Source: a virus. Taken from it: a stretch of DNA of 64,000 nucleotides. A program made the translations under genes and the position numbers. Numbering within the stretch: position 1 is the stretch's first letter; each line of letters begins with the position of its first letter. Shown here piece after piece: positions 38,530-48,171 of the stretch. Where the stretch lies: the IMG/VR virus record IMGVR_UViG_3300028742_000011; one strand, given 5' to 3'. The notes below the pieces were generated by a model. It searched no databases, was not told where the DNA came from, and worked only from the letters and a program-made list of their open reading frames with translations.

Positions 38530-39921
38530 TTATACTGCGTAGTACGGAATCTTCACCGTGGTGCCATTGATCGTTGTCTCCCAGAACCCAAGCGGGTTGG
38601 AGGGAAGCGTCTCACTACCTGCGGTGGCAGTTGTCGCTGTGACAGCAGAGTCAAGGTTCAAGTTTGGTACGTGGAACTCAGCATCGCCGGGGGAACCATT
38701 GTGAAGCAGTGTGAGCTGCGTGGTCGGTGACGTGCCTGTGCCGATGGTGCATGTCCAGTTCCAGTTGTCGGACTGCGATGCACTGCCGTCCCAATACTGG
38801 TTGGCGTGTCGGAACTCAGGGGCCGCCATGTTGCCGCTAGTGCTGGTTGCACTCACTGCGGTTAGCACTGAGGTGCCTAGCGAGGAGAACCCCGCATCAA
38901 ATTGTGTCCCACCTTGGACCACAAGGGACGCGCCTTGGATGTTTCCTTGAACGCTAATGTTCGGCACTTGAAACTCAAATCCTGAGCCGGATGCATTCGT
39001 ATGCGTAAGGATCAGAGTTGAGGTGGGATTCGCACCCGTCCCAAGATTTACGGCGAACTGCCAGTCGTCCGGCACACTCGCTGAGCCGTTCCAGTAATTG
39101 CTCTGGAAGATCAGAGGAGCAGCGTTCTGGTTGTTGCTGCCCGTCGCTGTGTTGCTGCTATAGAGGAACGCCTGATTGGAAGCAAATAGGCTTCCACAAC
39201 TTACGTTACCGTTGAAGTCACCATTATTGCCGTTGAAGTCAAGGGCAAAAACATCAGTGGCGTACTGAACGATAGCTGTGCCAGTTGAACCTGTGTGACT
39301 AAAGAACAGAGTGCTGGTCGGGTCGGTTCCCGTACCCGGCTGAACCTGTACAGACCAAGTGTCTGGCGCTGATGCAGTGCCATTCCAATATGCACCCGTC
39401 AGTCCAAGCACAGGTGAGTTCTGGTTGTCGCTGCTCGTCGCCGCCGATGCCGTGGAGATTGAAACGTCGGAAGCAGAAGTCCATCCGTCTTCAAACGTCT
39501 GGGTGGCTGTCCAGTTATTATCAACGTTGAGCAATGCAACGTTGGCTAGGATGTTGACCCATGTGCCGGTCGAGAATACCTGTAGGGTACTCGTCGCCGT
39601 ATCCCATACGGTCCACCCGGCGTTGGGAAGGAAAAACTCCCACCCCGGCACCTTGGTGTTATTTCCGCTCTGGGTTATCTCTGTAGACCATACCGCAATC
39701 GCGTTGTGTTGGCCCGTCCACGCGCCCGAGGGGGTTCCCTTGAGTAAATAGGCATCCCCGTTCGACGGAGAGCTTGGCGGGGCTGTGGTGGTCGTGTTGA
39801 TGACTGCTCCCAGAAGGAGGGCATCGATAGCACGAAGGAAGGGTCGGAACTGGTCGTAGTACGCTTCCCCGATGTCCGCGTTGATAAGCAAGCCCAGACG
39901 AGGGCCAAGATCGACTGCCAT
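38530..39921 (-). CDS. Tail fibre protein (463 aa)
   Basis: Thr/Ser/Gly-rich repeats. Ends INGTTVKIPYYAV. Confidence 0.5.
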   Translation of the reverse strand: MAVDLGPRLGLLINADIGEAYYDQFRPFLRAIDALLLGAVINTTTTAPPSSPSNGDAYLLKGTPSGAWTGQHNAIAVWSTEITQSGNNTKVPGWEFFLPNAGWTVWDTATSTLQVFSTGTWVNILANVALLNVDNNWTATQTFEDGWTSASDVSISTASAATSSDNQNSPVLGLTGAYWNGTASAPDTWSVQVQPGTGTDPTSTLFFSHTGSTGTAIVQYATDVFALDFNGNNGDFNGNVSCGSLFASNQAFLYSSNTATGSNNQNAAPLIFQSNYWNGSASVPDDWQFAVNLGTGANPTSTLILTHTNASGSGFEFQVPNISVQGNIQGASLVVQGGTQFDAGFSSLGTSVLTAVSATSTSGNMAAPEFRHANQYWDGSASQSDNWNWTCTIGTGTSPTTQLTLLHNGSPGDAEFHVPNLNLDSAVTATTATAGSETLPSNPLGFWETTINGTTVKIPYYAV

Positions 39922-39930
39922 TGAAACTCC

Positions 39931-40275
39931 TTAGGATGCAAACTCACTGCCGAAGGCTTCACCGAAGCCCGCTTCCGGGCCGGTACCTTGCACGACAATG
40001 TAGAGATTGGTTAGAACTTTCTGACCGTCCGCGTTGTACGAGTTCAGAAGGTAGGCCGTCGTGTTGGGTAGCATGGCGTTGTTTCCCCAGAATGTTGGGG
40101 AGCCTTCTACGTTGCCGCCTGAGTCGAGGTCTACTTGGACGACAGCTCCAGCACAGAGCTGGCCGCCGTCCGGGGTTTGTGTGTCTTCAGTTACGCGGAT
40201 GATGAGGTAACCGTCAGAGAGTGGCGACCCATCAAGATCAGTAAAGTTGGTGACGGGAAACGGCACTCGTGGCAT
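39931..40275 (-). CDS. Small tail-associated protein (114 aa), paralogue of the 163-aa protein
   Basis: Shared domain as noted for 38030..38521. Confidence 0.4.
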   Translation of the reverse strand: MPRVPFPVTNFTDLDGSPLSDGYLIIRVTEDTQTPDGGQLCAGAVVQVDLDSGGNVEGSPTFWGNNAMLPNTTAYLLNSYNADGQKVLTNLYIVVQGTGPEAGFGEAFGSEFAS

Positions 40276-40276
40276 G

Positions 40277-41197
40277 TTATGACCCCATTGCTTGCGCGGC
40301 CTGCGTGACCTTGATTTGCTCCGCCTGCGGCTGGCCAGTGATAGAGTACCAGTTCTGAAGGAAGATGTTGCGCTGCGTCTCGCTTAGGCCAGTGTTCGTA
40401 GCCAGCAGACTGCTGATGAACTTACCGTTCGCTGTAGTGAAGCGAGGATCGTCCGCGAAGAGCCACATCAGGCTGAGGAAACCCCAGTTATAGATATGCG
40501 CGTACTCGTCGGGGATCGGTGCCCATGTCTGCTTTGTCTTCGTGAAGAGCGAGGGCTTAGCCTGCATCTGTAGCGTCACAGGGTATGCCTTGTCGGGTGT
40601 CGGCATAAGGCGGAACGTTAGGTTACCGTTGCCGTCATCGAACTGCGCCGACACGTACGTGGGACGGGCAATCTTCTCTTCTACCGATAGATCGATCTTG
40701 GTCTGAAGCTGCTTCCATATCGGCCCGTTCGAGGTGGTGTCCATGACGGCACCGTTCTCGATCCATGCCATCGTGTATTCGCCTTCGACCTGTGGATCAC
40801 CGATATTGCCCTTGTTGGTCCACGTCACAGAGCCATCAGTCGTAGTGCCTGTGGCTGTGTGATTCCACGTAGGAGAGGAAGAGCCGGTCGTACCCGCTGT
40901 CGTACAGACTTGGGAGTTACCGGCATCATCCACAGTGAACCATCCGAGTTTTACTGCTGCACTCGCGGTGTAGTTGAAGAGGGTGTAGTCCTGCTGGTTG
41001 GCGACGGCGATGAAGCCCGTGACCACGCGGTTCCAACGCCAGATGAAGGGCGCACCAAGCATTGTCTGCTTGACCATGTTGGCCGATGTCTTGGCCGGTT
41101 CGATGAAGTTGCCCGTCGCGCTGTCGCGCATGAAGTTGAGCTTCTTTGCGAACTCGATAGTGTCGAGAAGTCGGATGCTGCTGCTAGGTGCTGACAT
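40277..41197 (-). CDS. Virion structural protein (hypothetical)
   Basis: ORF in the structural module. Confidence 0.4.
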   Translation of the reverse strand: MSAPSSSIRLLDTIEFAKKLNFMRDSATGNFIEPAKTSANMVKQTMLGAPFIWRWNRVVTGFIAVANQQDYTLFNYTASAAVKLGWFTVDDAGNSQVCTTAGTTGSSSPTWNHTATGTTTDGSVTWTNKGNIGDPQVEGEYTMAWIENGAVMDTTSNGPIWKQLQTKIDLSVEEKIARPTYVSAQFDDGNGNLTFRLMPTPDKAYPVTLQMQAKPSLFTKTKQTWAPIPDEYAHIYNWGFLSLMWLFADDPRFTTANGKFISSLLATNTGLSETQRNIFLQNWYSITGQPQAEQIKVTQAAQAMGS

Positions 41198-41603
41198 GGG
41201 AGTGACCTTTCAAATAATTCGTCATCTTTTCGATGAGGTCGGGATCGTCTCCCAACTTACCGATGATGAGGTTGCATCGAGAGCAGAGCACAGCGCGGTA
41301 ACTTCCCGGCTTACTGTGGTCATGGTCTATATGCCACTTCTTCTCAAAGCCTTGACCCCACGTGCAGTCAGAGGTTCCACAGATGGCACAGCACCCTCCC
41401 TGAGAAGCAAGGATCGCATCCCTCTTCTCAAGGGAGTCTATTCCATAGCGTTTACGAAGTACTGACTCAGTTCTCAGTCTATTCATGACTGCTGGTTTTT
41501 CAAAACGCCTAAGTCTCATGGATTCCCTAGGGCATTCTTTACAGCGCATACGACCTAGGGTGTCAGCCACTCTAGTATGTCCTTTACTACATAAGTTACT
41601 CAT
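41184..41603 (-). CDS. Endonuclease VII / HNH-like nuclease (third copy), inserted in the structural module
   Basis: CAICGTSDC...WHIDHDHSKPGSYRAVLCSRCNLIIG is a variant DHDH...R..LC..CN signature. Confidence 0.6.
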   Translation of the reverse strand: MSNLCSKGHTRVADTLGRMRCKECPRESMRLRRFEKPAVMNRLRTESVLRKRYGIDSLEKRDAILASQGGCCAICGTSDCTWGQGFEKKWHIDHDHSKPGSYRAVLCSRCNLIIGKLGDDPDLIEKMTNYLKGHSHVST

Positions 41604-41617
41604 AATAAAGAACTTAC

Positions 41618-42724
41618 CTACCAGGGTCCGTATGGATTACTGGGCGACATCGGGTTAGTGCCCCATGAACTATCCATGACAGAAGTGCCGGGGTAGAAGC
41701 CGTAGTTGTCTTGTTCGCGGTCGCTCTGACGTACTGCCTTGTCGAGAGCCTGCTCCCATATCTGACGCTCCATCGTGTACTTCGCTCGGACCTTGGGATC
41801 AGGGTTACGGCGATAGCACTCTGCGAAGAAGCCCTGTTTGAAGGCCCATTCGAAATCGTCAGGGAGTGGTTCTAATGTCTGGCCCACAGAGTAGAAGCGA
41901 GGAGCCTTCTTCTGTCCTTGGCATACGATGACCCACTGAGTACCGTTCTGGGGAGGGATGGGGTTCAGTCGTAGGCCCTGACCTGATGGATTGATTGCCG
42001 TCCAGACTACAGTGCCATCTTGCACGGTCGTTGCCGTGATGTTTGGACTCTTGACCGTTGGATACGCCGGGTTAGTTGGCCAGTCTGGTTGCGTGTTCCC
42101 GCAGGTTCCAAAGGTGGTCAGCGCCCACAGGTTACCGTTCGGGTCTGTGATGCATGTAGTTGCGTTGGTCGGGGTTTGCAGCGTCAGTAACGGCGACGTA
42201 TAGATTACGCCGGGGCCGGGGTTCTGAAGGCCGCCGCGCCCAAGCCCGAGAGACGTAGTGTCGCCTGAGGGGTTGTCCGTGGTCGGGCCGAGAGGTGTCT
42301 GTCCCCACGTTCCAGTTTCCAGCATGGAATTTGGGAGCCAGCAGATTTTAGCCGGGTAGCCTGTCTGGTCATAGGTGACCATGAGGTCTTTGTTGACCTC
42401 GACGGGCTGTTTGAATTTTGGGATGGAAGTCTGATTGATCTGCGATGCCCACGCTGCTTCTAGCCAGCCAAGGTTCACCAGTCCGGGGATGAAGTAGTCC
42501 TGCTGATAAGAGATGGTGCAGAACTGAGGTAGGTTGGCACGATTCCACTTCCAGTTGTACGGCTGTGCAAGCGGGCCGCCGTTGATGAGCGCCTGCATGA
42601 CATCGTTTGCAATTGAAAGGGCTGGGCCTTGGGAAGAACCGCCTGTAGCTAGGGCAGGAGATACGTCTCCAAGAGTTGCTGCGTCGTCCATAACTTCCTG
42701 AAGAGTGATCGAGCTATTAGGCAT
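41618..42724 (-). CDS. Virion structural protein (hypothetical)
   Basis: ORF in the structural module. Confidence 0.4.
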   Translation of the reverse strand: MPNSSITLQEVMDDAATLGDVSPALATGGSSQGPALSIANDVMQALINGGPLAQPYNWKWNRANLPQFCTISYQQDYFIPGLVNLGWLEAAWASQINQTSIPKFKQPVEVNKDLMVTYDQTGYPAKICWLPNSMLETGTWGQTPLGPTTDNPSGDTTSLGLGRGGLQNPGPGVIYTSPLLTLQTPTNATTCITDPNGNLWALTTFGTCGNTQPDWPTNPAYPTVKSPNITATTVQDGTVVWTAINPSGQGLRLNPIPPQNGTQWVIVCQGQKKAPRFYSVGQTLEPLPDDFEWAFKQGFFAECYRRNPDPKVRAKYTMERQIWEQALDKAVRQSDREQDNYGFYPGTSVMDSSWGTNPMSPSNPYGPW

Positions 42725-42785
42725 GTGTTCTCCGAATTGAGCAACCGGCTGTCACGGTGCCTGCTTGATTTTCACAGTCTGCGCC

Positions 42786-43433
42786 TTAGCGCAATGTTGC
42801 GTTCTTGGTGTTCTCACGGTAGAACTCGCCACCGTCAGAGTACTGGAAGATCACGCCCTTTGAAGGAGTGTTCTTCGTTTGGAAGTTGACTGCCTGCTTG
42901 TAGATTGCAAGAGCTGCGTTGTACGATTCCTGAGTCTTGTGATCGGACTTGACTGGGGGCTTCCAAGTCTTACCACAGCGCAGGCATCGCACCCATGTGT
43001 CGCCGTTTGCGAACGTGTGCATCAGTACTGCGTAGTCAGGTGAGTCACCCTTTCCGCCGACGACGCCGCCAGCTCCGTTGCCACCCTTGTGGTGGTTGCA
43101 ACGATTCTGTTGCATCGCTTCGTTCTTGCGAGTGGACTCGATGGTCGCGCCCTTGGTGTACGCCTCTTGGCGAATGTTCGCACGCTTTAGCTCTCGCTCT
43201 GCGAGACGATCATTGATGTCTTCGAGGTTAGCTTTGCGCTCCTGAAGTTCGAGCTTCTTTAGTTCAAGCTCAAGCTGCTTGCTCTCGATCTCAAGCTCTT
43301 CGAGAGTCTTGGTCGCGGCTGACTTCACCGGGGCCTTGGGTGCTTCCTTTTCCTTTGGTGCGAGAGATGCTAGAACCTGCTCGGCCTTAGCCTTGCTCTC
43401 CAATTGAATGTCATTCAAAACCTGTTCGCTCAA
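42786..43433 (-). CDS. Hypothetical protein: N-terminal coiled coil, C-terminal Cys/His cluster
   Basis: KKLELQERK coiled coil. CNHHKG...CLRCGKTW. Confidence 0.4.
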   Translation of the reverse strand: MSEQVLNDIQLESKAKAEQVLASLAPKEKEAPKAPVKSAATKTLEELEIESKQLELELKKLELQERKANLEDINDRLAERELKRANIRQEAYTKGATIESTRKNEAMQQNRCNHHKGGNGAGGVVGGKGDSPDYAVLMHTFANGDTWVRCLRCGKTWKPPVKSDHKTQESYNAALAIYKQAVNFQTKNTPSKGVIFQYSDGGEFYRENTKNATLR

Positions 43434-43456
43434 AACCTATCCTCCTTTAGGATGTA

Positions 43457-44104
43457 CTACTCCTCACCGTGAAGGGTGAGTTTGTTGCCGTTGTTGCGGA
43501 ACGCTTGAAGCGATGCGTTGTAGCGGTGGTAAGCGTCGGTGACCTTAGGCCGACCGAAGAGCTTATTCGCTTTCTCCTCAGTGATGATGCCCTTGAGGAT
43601 TAGTTGAAGAAGTGGTGTGCGCCACCCGCGCCGACGCTCGGCCAGTGGTACGCCGTGGTCATCGAAGTTGAGAACCGAAAGCTCCTGCATCCATCCTTGC
43701 TGGACCCAGCACTGTACGGTCTGCTCTCCGCCCGGAGTGAGCGCGACATAGAGGTCGGCTTTATCTAGGTGGACGTGCTGTCTGTAGTGGCACTCTACAC
43801 CGGCCTTACGAAGACGGCTGATAAACTCTGTGTGCGTCATTGGGGTTCCGACACGCGCTTGCGCGTCATCGTACTCCTCTTTCGTCGCCCACTGGTACTG
43901 CTCAGAGAGTTCGTCGTTCATCTCTTTCTGGCGGTGAAGCTCTTCTTTGTTCTCGTTGCTTGCGAAGTTCGAATCGTATACGCGCTCGGCGTACTCCTCT
44001 ACGGCAAGCTCAAGCTGCTTCGACATCTTGGTGGACATCTCTGCTGCGTATGTCTCCCAAGGCGCTGCTGTACTTGTGTGCGTGCCGGTAACTGCTGGTT
44101 GCAT
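43457..44104 (-). CDS. Hypothetical protein
   Basis: ORF. Confidence 0.4.
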   Translation of the reverse strand: MQPAVTGTHTSTAAPWETYAAEMSTKMSKQLELAVEEYAERVYDSNFASNENKEELHRQKEMNDELSEQYQWATKEEYDDAQARVGTPMTHTEFISRLRKAGVECHYRQHVHLDKADLYVALTPGGEQTVQCWVQQGWMQELSVLNFDDHGVPLAERRRGWRTPLLQLILKGIITEEKANKLFGRPKVTDAYHRYNASLQAFRNNGNKLTLHGEE

Positions 44105-44264
44105 TCAAGACTCCCCTCTTGAATCAAAATGTGCCCTCTCGTACGAAGTCGATCACTCTCGTAGGAGAGAGTCGCGGCATCTTCAACTGGCCGGTCGAAG
44201 AGCTGCGAGATAGGCGCGTGAGGTTGCCTAGGGACACTGGGTAATCCACCCTCGTCCCATTGCC

Positions 44265-44594
44265 TCAGTTGCCTGTAGAACTCGTAGTTGCATCGGAATT
44301 AGCTGCGGCTTGCACGCGGTCGTAAGAGGCGATTGCTCTCAGCGCGAAATCAACTAGTTCTTCATAGTTCTCTGGTCGTAGCTCACTACTGAAGCCGCCT
44401 TCCCTCCAGAGTCTTTCCAATGCTACCTCTGCTTCGCTTGGAGCGTCGAACAGCTCCGCGATAACTTCGTCTGCTTCTGCTCGAAGCTGAGCCGACTTGC
44501 GTCGGAGAACTGTATTTACTGCACGCAACACTCGGTTGTTGCGACGGGCCGCGCTATCATAAGCGGGCGAATCGATGTACGCTTCTTTGGACAT
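44265..44594 (-). CDS. Hypothetical protein
   Basis: ORF. Confidence 0.35.
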   Translation of the reverse strand: MSKEAYIDSPAYDSAARRNNRVLRAVNTVLRRKSAQLRAEADEVIAELFDAPSEAEVALERLWREGGFSSELRPENYEELVDFALRAIASYDRVQAAANSDATTSSTGN

Positions 44595-44633
44595 AATAGG
44601 CGGCTCCTCTTCCGCCTTTCTGTTTGGGTTGAA

Positions 44634-45317
44634 TTACGGTACGACGTTGACAGCCACATCCGCGTAAACCTTCTGCGCAGGAAGTGTCTTTCCAGCCACG
44701 ACAATCGTCCCGCCAGCGTTAGCAAACGGATACGATACTTCGACGGTCGATCCACCGGTCACGCCGTTGGCTGAAAGAACGCCAGTGGTGGAAACGGAAA
44801 CAACCTTGGCTGTGCTGCCCGCAGGCAGCTCGCCGCCAGTGCCAGAAGTCAGCGAGGCCGCGCCGTCAGCAAAGTACGTGAAACCATTGGTACCGGTCTC
44901 CTGTACGGTTGCTGTTGCTGCGTGGGTCTCAGCGACAGTCGTGGTGCCTGTGTCGATGGTGATGCTGGTCGTGGTGTTCGCGGTCACGATACCGGCTGCG
45001 TTGTTCACAGCGTTGGTGAAGCCTGCGGTCACTGCGGACTTGCCAACAAGGGTGTTCGTTGCTGGTAGGCCGGTGCCGGTGAAGACTCCGTTGGCCGCCG
45101 CTGCACTCAGGGTGTAGACGGTGCCGGGGGTGATTTCGTTGCCGGAAGCATCCTCAAGCGTCGGGTCAAGCTGGAACGTCTCAGGGAAACCATTGCTTCC
45201 AGTGATGGAGATGGTGACCTGATTGTGTCCGACCTTATTGCTGATTGGGGACTCATTGCCGGGAACTACGACTCGCGCTGGGATGCCGAGGCCGCTAGTT
45301 GCTGCTGGATAACTCAT
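44634..45317 (-). CDS. Ig-like virion protein (head decoration or major tail candidate)
   Basis: Thr/Gly/Ala-rich beta-sandwich-like sequence immediately downstream of the major capsid gene. Confidence 0.4.
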   Translation of the reverse strand: MSYPAATSGLGIPARVVVPGNESPISNKVGHNQVTISITGSNGFPETFQLDPTLEDASGNEITPGTVYTLSAAAANGVFTGTGLPATNTLVGKSAVTAGFTNAVNNAAGIVTANTTTSITIDTGTTTVAETHAATATVQETGTNGFTYFADGAASLTSGTGGELPAGSTAKVVSVSTTGVLSANGVTGGSTVEVSYPFANAGGTIVVAGKTLPAQKVYADVAVNVVP

Positions 45318-45349
45318 GTTGATGTTTCCTTTCTATTGGTGATCCGATA

Positions 45350-45389
45350 CAAAAAGAAATGGCTCCCGAGGTTTTTAGTCTCAGGAGCC
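45350..45389 (-). terminator. Intrinsic terminator after the major capsid gene (minus strand)
   Basis: Stem GGCTCCTGAG/CTCGGGAGCC (1 mismatch), loop actaaaaac, followed on the minus strand by ATTTCTTTTTG. Confidence 0.55.
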
Positions 45390-45395
45390 AGTGTC

Positions 45396-46427
45396 TTAGC
45401 TGATTGCGGAAGCCGCATCAATCTCACGGATACGGATGGTCGTGTCAGGACCAAGCGAAGTCGTGAAGTGAACGCGGTACGAAGTCCAGCCGGGGATCAG
45501 CCCTTCAGGATCGGCAACAGTTGGCTCAGCGTTCTGCACAATGTTGCACTTGATGTTCTGGTACTCACCATCTCCGAACTCGGTGTCGCCCTGTGCTCCA
45601 AGCTTGATGCTGTAGATGCCATCACGCCCAAAGATGTAGGTACGAAGCGCCGTCAGGCCAGTCACACCCTTGTAGTTCGGGGTGGTGGTAACCTGATTGC
45701 TCTGGAAGAAGTGAACGCCCGAGGACGGAAGTTCGATCATCTCGGTCAAGTCCACCGAAACGAGGTCTTCCATCTTCATCAGCCCGACCGGGGTGTGCTT
45801 CAAGATGTCGATAGGTGCGTTGTTGCTGACATCCGAAAGTACATCGCCCAATGCGAACGGGTGAATGACGCCGCAGAATGCCTTGCTTGCTTCGTCGAAC
45901 GGACGTACCGAACGGCCAGCAAGAGACTGCACTGCGTTACGAATCTGGTTCAGGCTCAGCGAGGTGAAGGCTGTGGTCGAAGTTGCACCAAGCTGCACAA
46001 GCACGCTGGAGTCAACGCTGGCTGCGCCGTCAGCGGTTGCACGGACGAGACCAGACAAAGACTCGCCAAGACGGTATGCAAGCTCACGGGCGACGTTCTC
46101 AACAGTGTTGTCGATTGCCGTAGCAAGAGACAGACTGGAGAAGTTAGCGTAGTCAGCGTACTCACCGATGGTGGCAGTCGTGGTAAGGACGGAAACGGAG
46201 ATCGAGCTGCCCACGGTTCCTTCGTTGGTCTGCGCGGTGTTCGCAGCCAGAGGAACGTACATGAACATTTCGTACTGGTTACCGGACTTGGTTGGCAGGT
46301 CCAGACGCTCGGAGCAAGCTACGAACGGGGTCTGCGCTTTGAGGTTTTCACGGAACTTCTTGTCATAGAACTTTACCGTGGACTGAGGAAGGTTGCCCTG
46401 TAGATTTCCAGCAGGAGTGTAACCCAT
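45396..46427 (-). CDS. Major capsid protein (HK97-fold candidate)
   Basis: 343 aa. Position fits: scaffold and portal upstream, terminator downstream. Preceded by a long structured 5' leader. Confidence 0.6.
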   Translation of the reverse strand: MGYTPAGNLQGNLPQSTVKFYDKKFRENLKAQTPFVACSERLDLPTKSGNQYEMFMYVPLAANTAQTNEGTVGSSISVSVLTTTATIGEYADYANFSSLSLATAIDNTVENVARELAYRLGESLSGLVRATADGAASVDSSVLVQLGATSTTAFTSLSLNQIRNAVQSLAGRSVRPFDEASKAFCGVIHPFALGDVLSDVSNNAPIDILKHTPVGLMKMEDLVSVDLTEMIELPSSGVHFFQSNQVTTTPNYKGVTGLTALRTYIFGRDGIYSIKLGAQGDTEFGDGEYQNIKCNIVQNAEPTVADPEGLIPGWTSYRVHFTTSLGPDTTIRIREIDAASAIS

Positions 46428-46527
46428 TGTGATTATCCTTTACTTCAAAGACATCACTTACTTCTCGCCTTCTCCTCCCAGAGATGATGAGTAGTGTGTC
46501 GCTGCCTTTTATGTGAAGACAATCCCT

Positions 46528-46630
46528 CTGCTCGTAATCCGACGAGTGTTTGCGATTGCGCGGTCAAGGTCTCTGACCGGCTTTTCCTCAGCACATATCT
46601 AAGGTGTATCGTTCCCTGTAATCCGACAGG
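46528..46630 (-). promoter_or_regulatory. Structured 5' leader of the capsid gene: two hairpins sharing loop GTAATCCGAC plus a third hairpin
   Basis: Hairpins CTCG-taatccga-CGAG (46528..46546), CCTG-taatccga-CAGG (46615..46630) and CGGTCA-aggtctc-TGACCG (46561..46579). Confidence 0.4.
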
Positions 46631-46645
46631 ACTGTACACAGTACT

Positions 46646-47068
46646 TCAGACGAAGCGTTTCCGCATGGTCACGCCATGCTGTCGTGCTCCGTAAATGTTT
46701 GGTTCAAAGGAAGCGATGCGATAGCCCTGATCGAAGTAAAGCTTCTGTGCAGGGTTCTCGACTCTACAATGCAGCCAGCCACTTTCGTAGCTCTGCTTGT
46801 AGTGCTTCTCAAATTCTTGTAGGAGAGTTGTTGCAGCGCCCCGTCTGCGATAGTCAGGGTCTACTGCAACACTCCAGATGTATGGTGTCCCTTTCGAGAC
46901 TTCCGAGATAAGGTGCGCCTTGATGCGTTTGTCTACGATGACCCACGCTGGGTTGGAGGCAAGTATCTTGCGCAACTGATGCTTCGGACAGATGTCGTCA
47001 GGATACAGTCGCTCCACTTGATCGACTAGGTAGTCGGTCTCAGATTGCAGCGCCAGCCTGATGTCCAT
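46646..47068 (-). CDS. GNAT-family N-acetyltransferase
   Basis: WSVAVDPDYRRRGAATTLLQEFEKHY is the motif A acetyl-CoA site (R/Q-x-x-G-x-G/A). Confidence 0.65.
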   Translation of the reverse strand: MDIRLALQSETDYLVDQVERLYPDDICPKHQLRKILASNPAWVIVDKRIKAHLISEVSKGTPYIWSVAVDPDYRRRGAATTLLQEFEKHYKQSYESGWLHCRVENPAQKLYFDQGYRIASFEPNIYGARQHGVTMRKRFV

Positions 47069-48171
47069 TAGCCCTTCTTCATCAACTTCTCAACCTTAGC
47101 GGCGAATCCCTTCTCGCTCAGCAGACGGCGCTTGTACTCGTCGGGCGGCATCGCGTCGATGGCACGCATACCGGTGAAGGTGCGCGTGGGACCGACTTGA
47201 TTTCCCTTCTCGTCATACTGCTTGAACTCGTAAACGATGTCACTTCCTACAGGAGCACTTACGCCCTCACTGCGGGAGTTGCCATTGTTCAGGCCGGTAG
47301 GAACCCTTGAGGCAACAGGCTTAGCCGCGACAGGCGGTTCTGTAGCCAATGCCGGGTGCTCGGTAGGAGCAACGCGCTCGACTGGAAGCTGGTTCTCAAT
47401 CGGAAGCGTCTCGACCACGCGGGCCGGTTCGACGTACTCGTTTGGATCGGCAGGAGGCTGCTCGGTGAATCCCACGACATTGCTAGGCGGTGTTACCGGA
47501 GAGACGGGAAGTTCTACGACTTCCAACGACGTAACCAATACGCCCTGATCCAAGAGGAACAGGTAAGCCTTCTCGAAGTTCTCTGCGACCGGCGCGAGGT
47601 TGTAACGATCCATCCAGCCGATAATGGCCTGCATGTTCTCGGGACAAATTACGTACTCGGGATTGCGACGTTTGAAGATGTCAACTTCTCGCTGAGCCTG
47701 TACGTTGTCCACCTTGCCCTGAAGGTCAGAGATGACGGTGCGCAGACCTTCGCCAGAGATGCCGTAGGAAGCCTCCACGATGGTCTGTGTGGCCTTGTCG
47801 AACGTTTCTGGGTCTAGGAGCTGCTGGGAAAGTTCTAGGCGCTCTGAGGCGCTTAGCGTGCGCGGATTGAACTGCACACCCGCGACGTTGCGCGGTGCTC
47901 TCTCGTCAATAGACTGCTGGTCTAGGATTCCCAGACGGTTGTTGCGAGTCTCTGTTCGCAGTTTTCGGATAAGCTCAGTGTTCTGCTTGACGAGCTTATG
48001 GTTCAGCTCATCCTGCGTGCGGTACTTGATGACCTGCTTGCCGCCGATGGGACGGTTGTCTTCGTCAGTCGGCTGATACTCAAAGCGAAGTTCTGGCAGG
48101 TCCGAAGGAATGCCGTTCTCTTGTTCGTTACTCAAAGTGGTCAAAGATCGTCCCCTCCTCAGAAGACTCAA
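47068..48171 (-). CDS. Putative scaffolding protein
   Basis: Position between portal and capsid. Charged, helix-rich composition. Confidence 0.35.
   Translation of the reverse strand: MSLLRRGRSLTTLSNEQENGIPSDLPELRFEYQPTDEDNRPIGGKQVIKYRTQDELNHKLVKQNTELIRKLRTETRNNRLGILDQQSIDERAPRNVAGVQFNPRTLSASERLELSQQLLDPETFDKATQTIVEASYGISGEGLRTVISDLQGKVDNVQAQREVDIFKRRNPEYVICPENMQAIIGWMDRYNLAPVAENFEKAYLFLLDQGVLVTSLEVVELPVSPVTPPSNVVGFTEQPPADPNEYVEPARVVETLPIENQLPVERVAPTEHPALATEPPVAAKPVASRVPTGLNNGNSRSEGVSAPVGSDIVYEFKQYDEKGNQVGPTRTFTGMRAIDAMPPDEYKRRLLSEKGFAAKVEKLMKKG

Noticed and set aside
44595-44633. GGCGG/CCGCC hairpin as a terminator between virion genes
   Set aside because: The T-rich tail is on the + strand, antisense to the minus-strand operon, so it is probably not functional for these genes.
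45225-46403. 392-aa + strand ORF
   Set aside because: Antisense to the major capsid gene. A typical long spurious ORF in GC-rich DNA with no RBS or motif.
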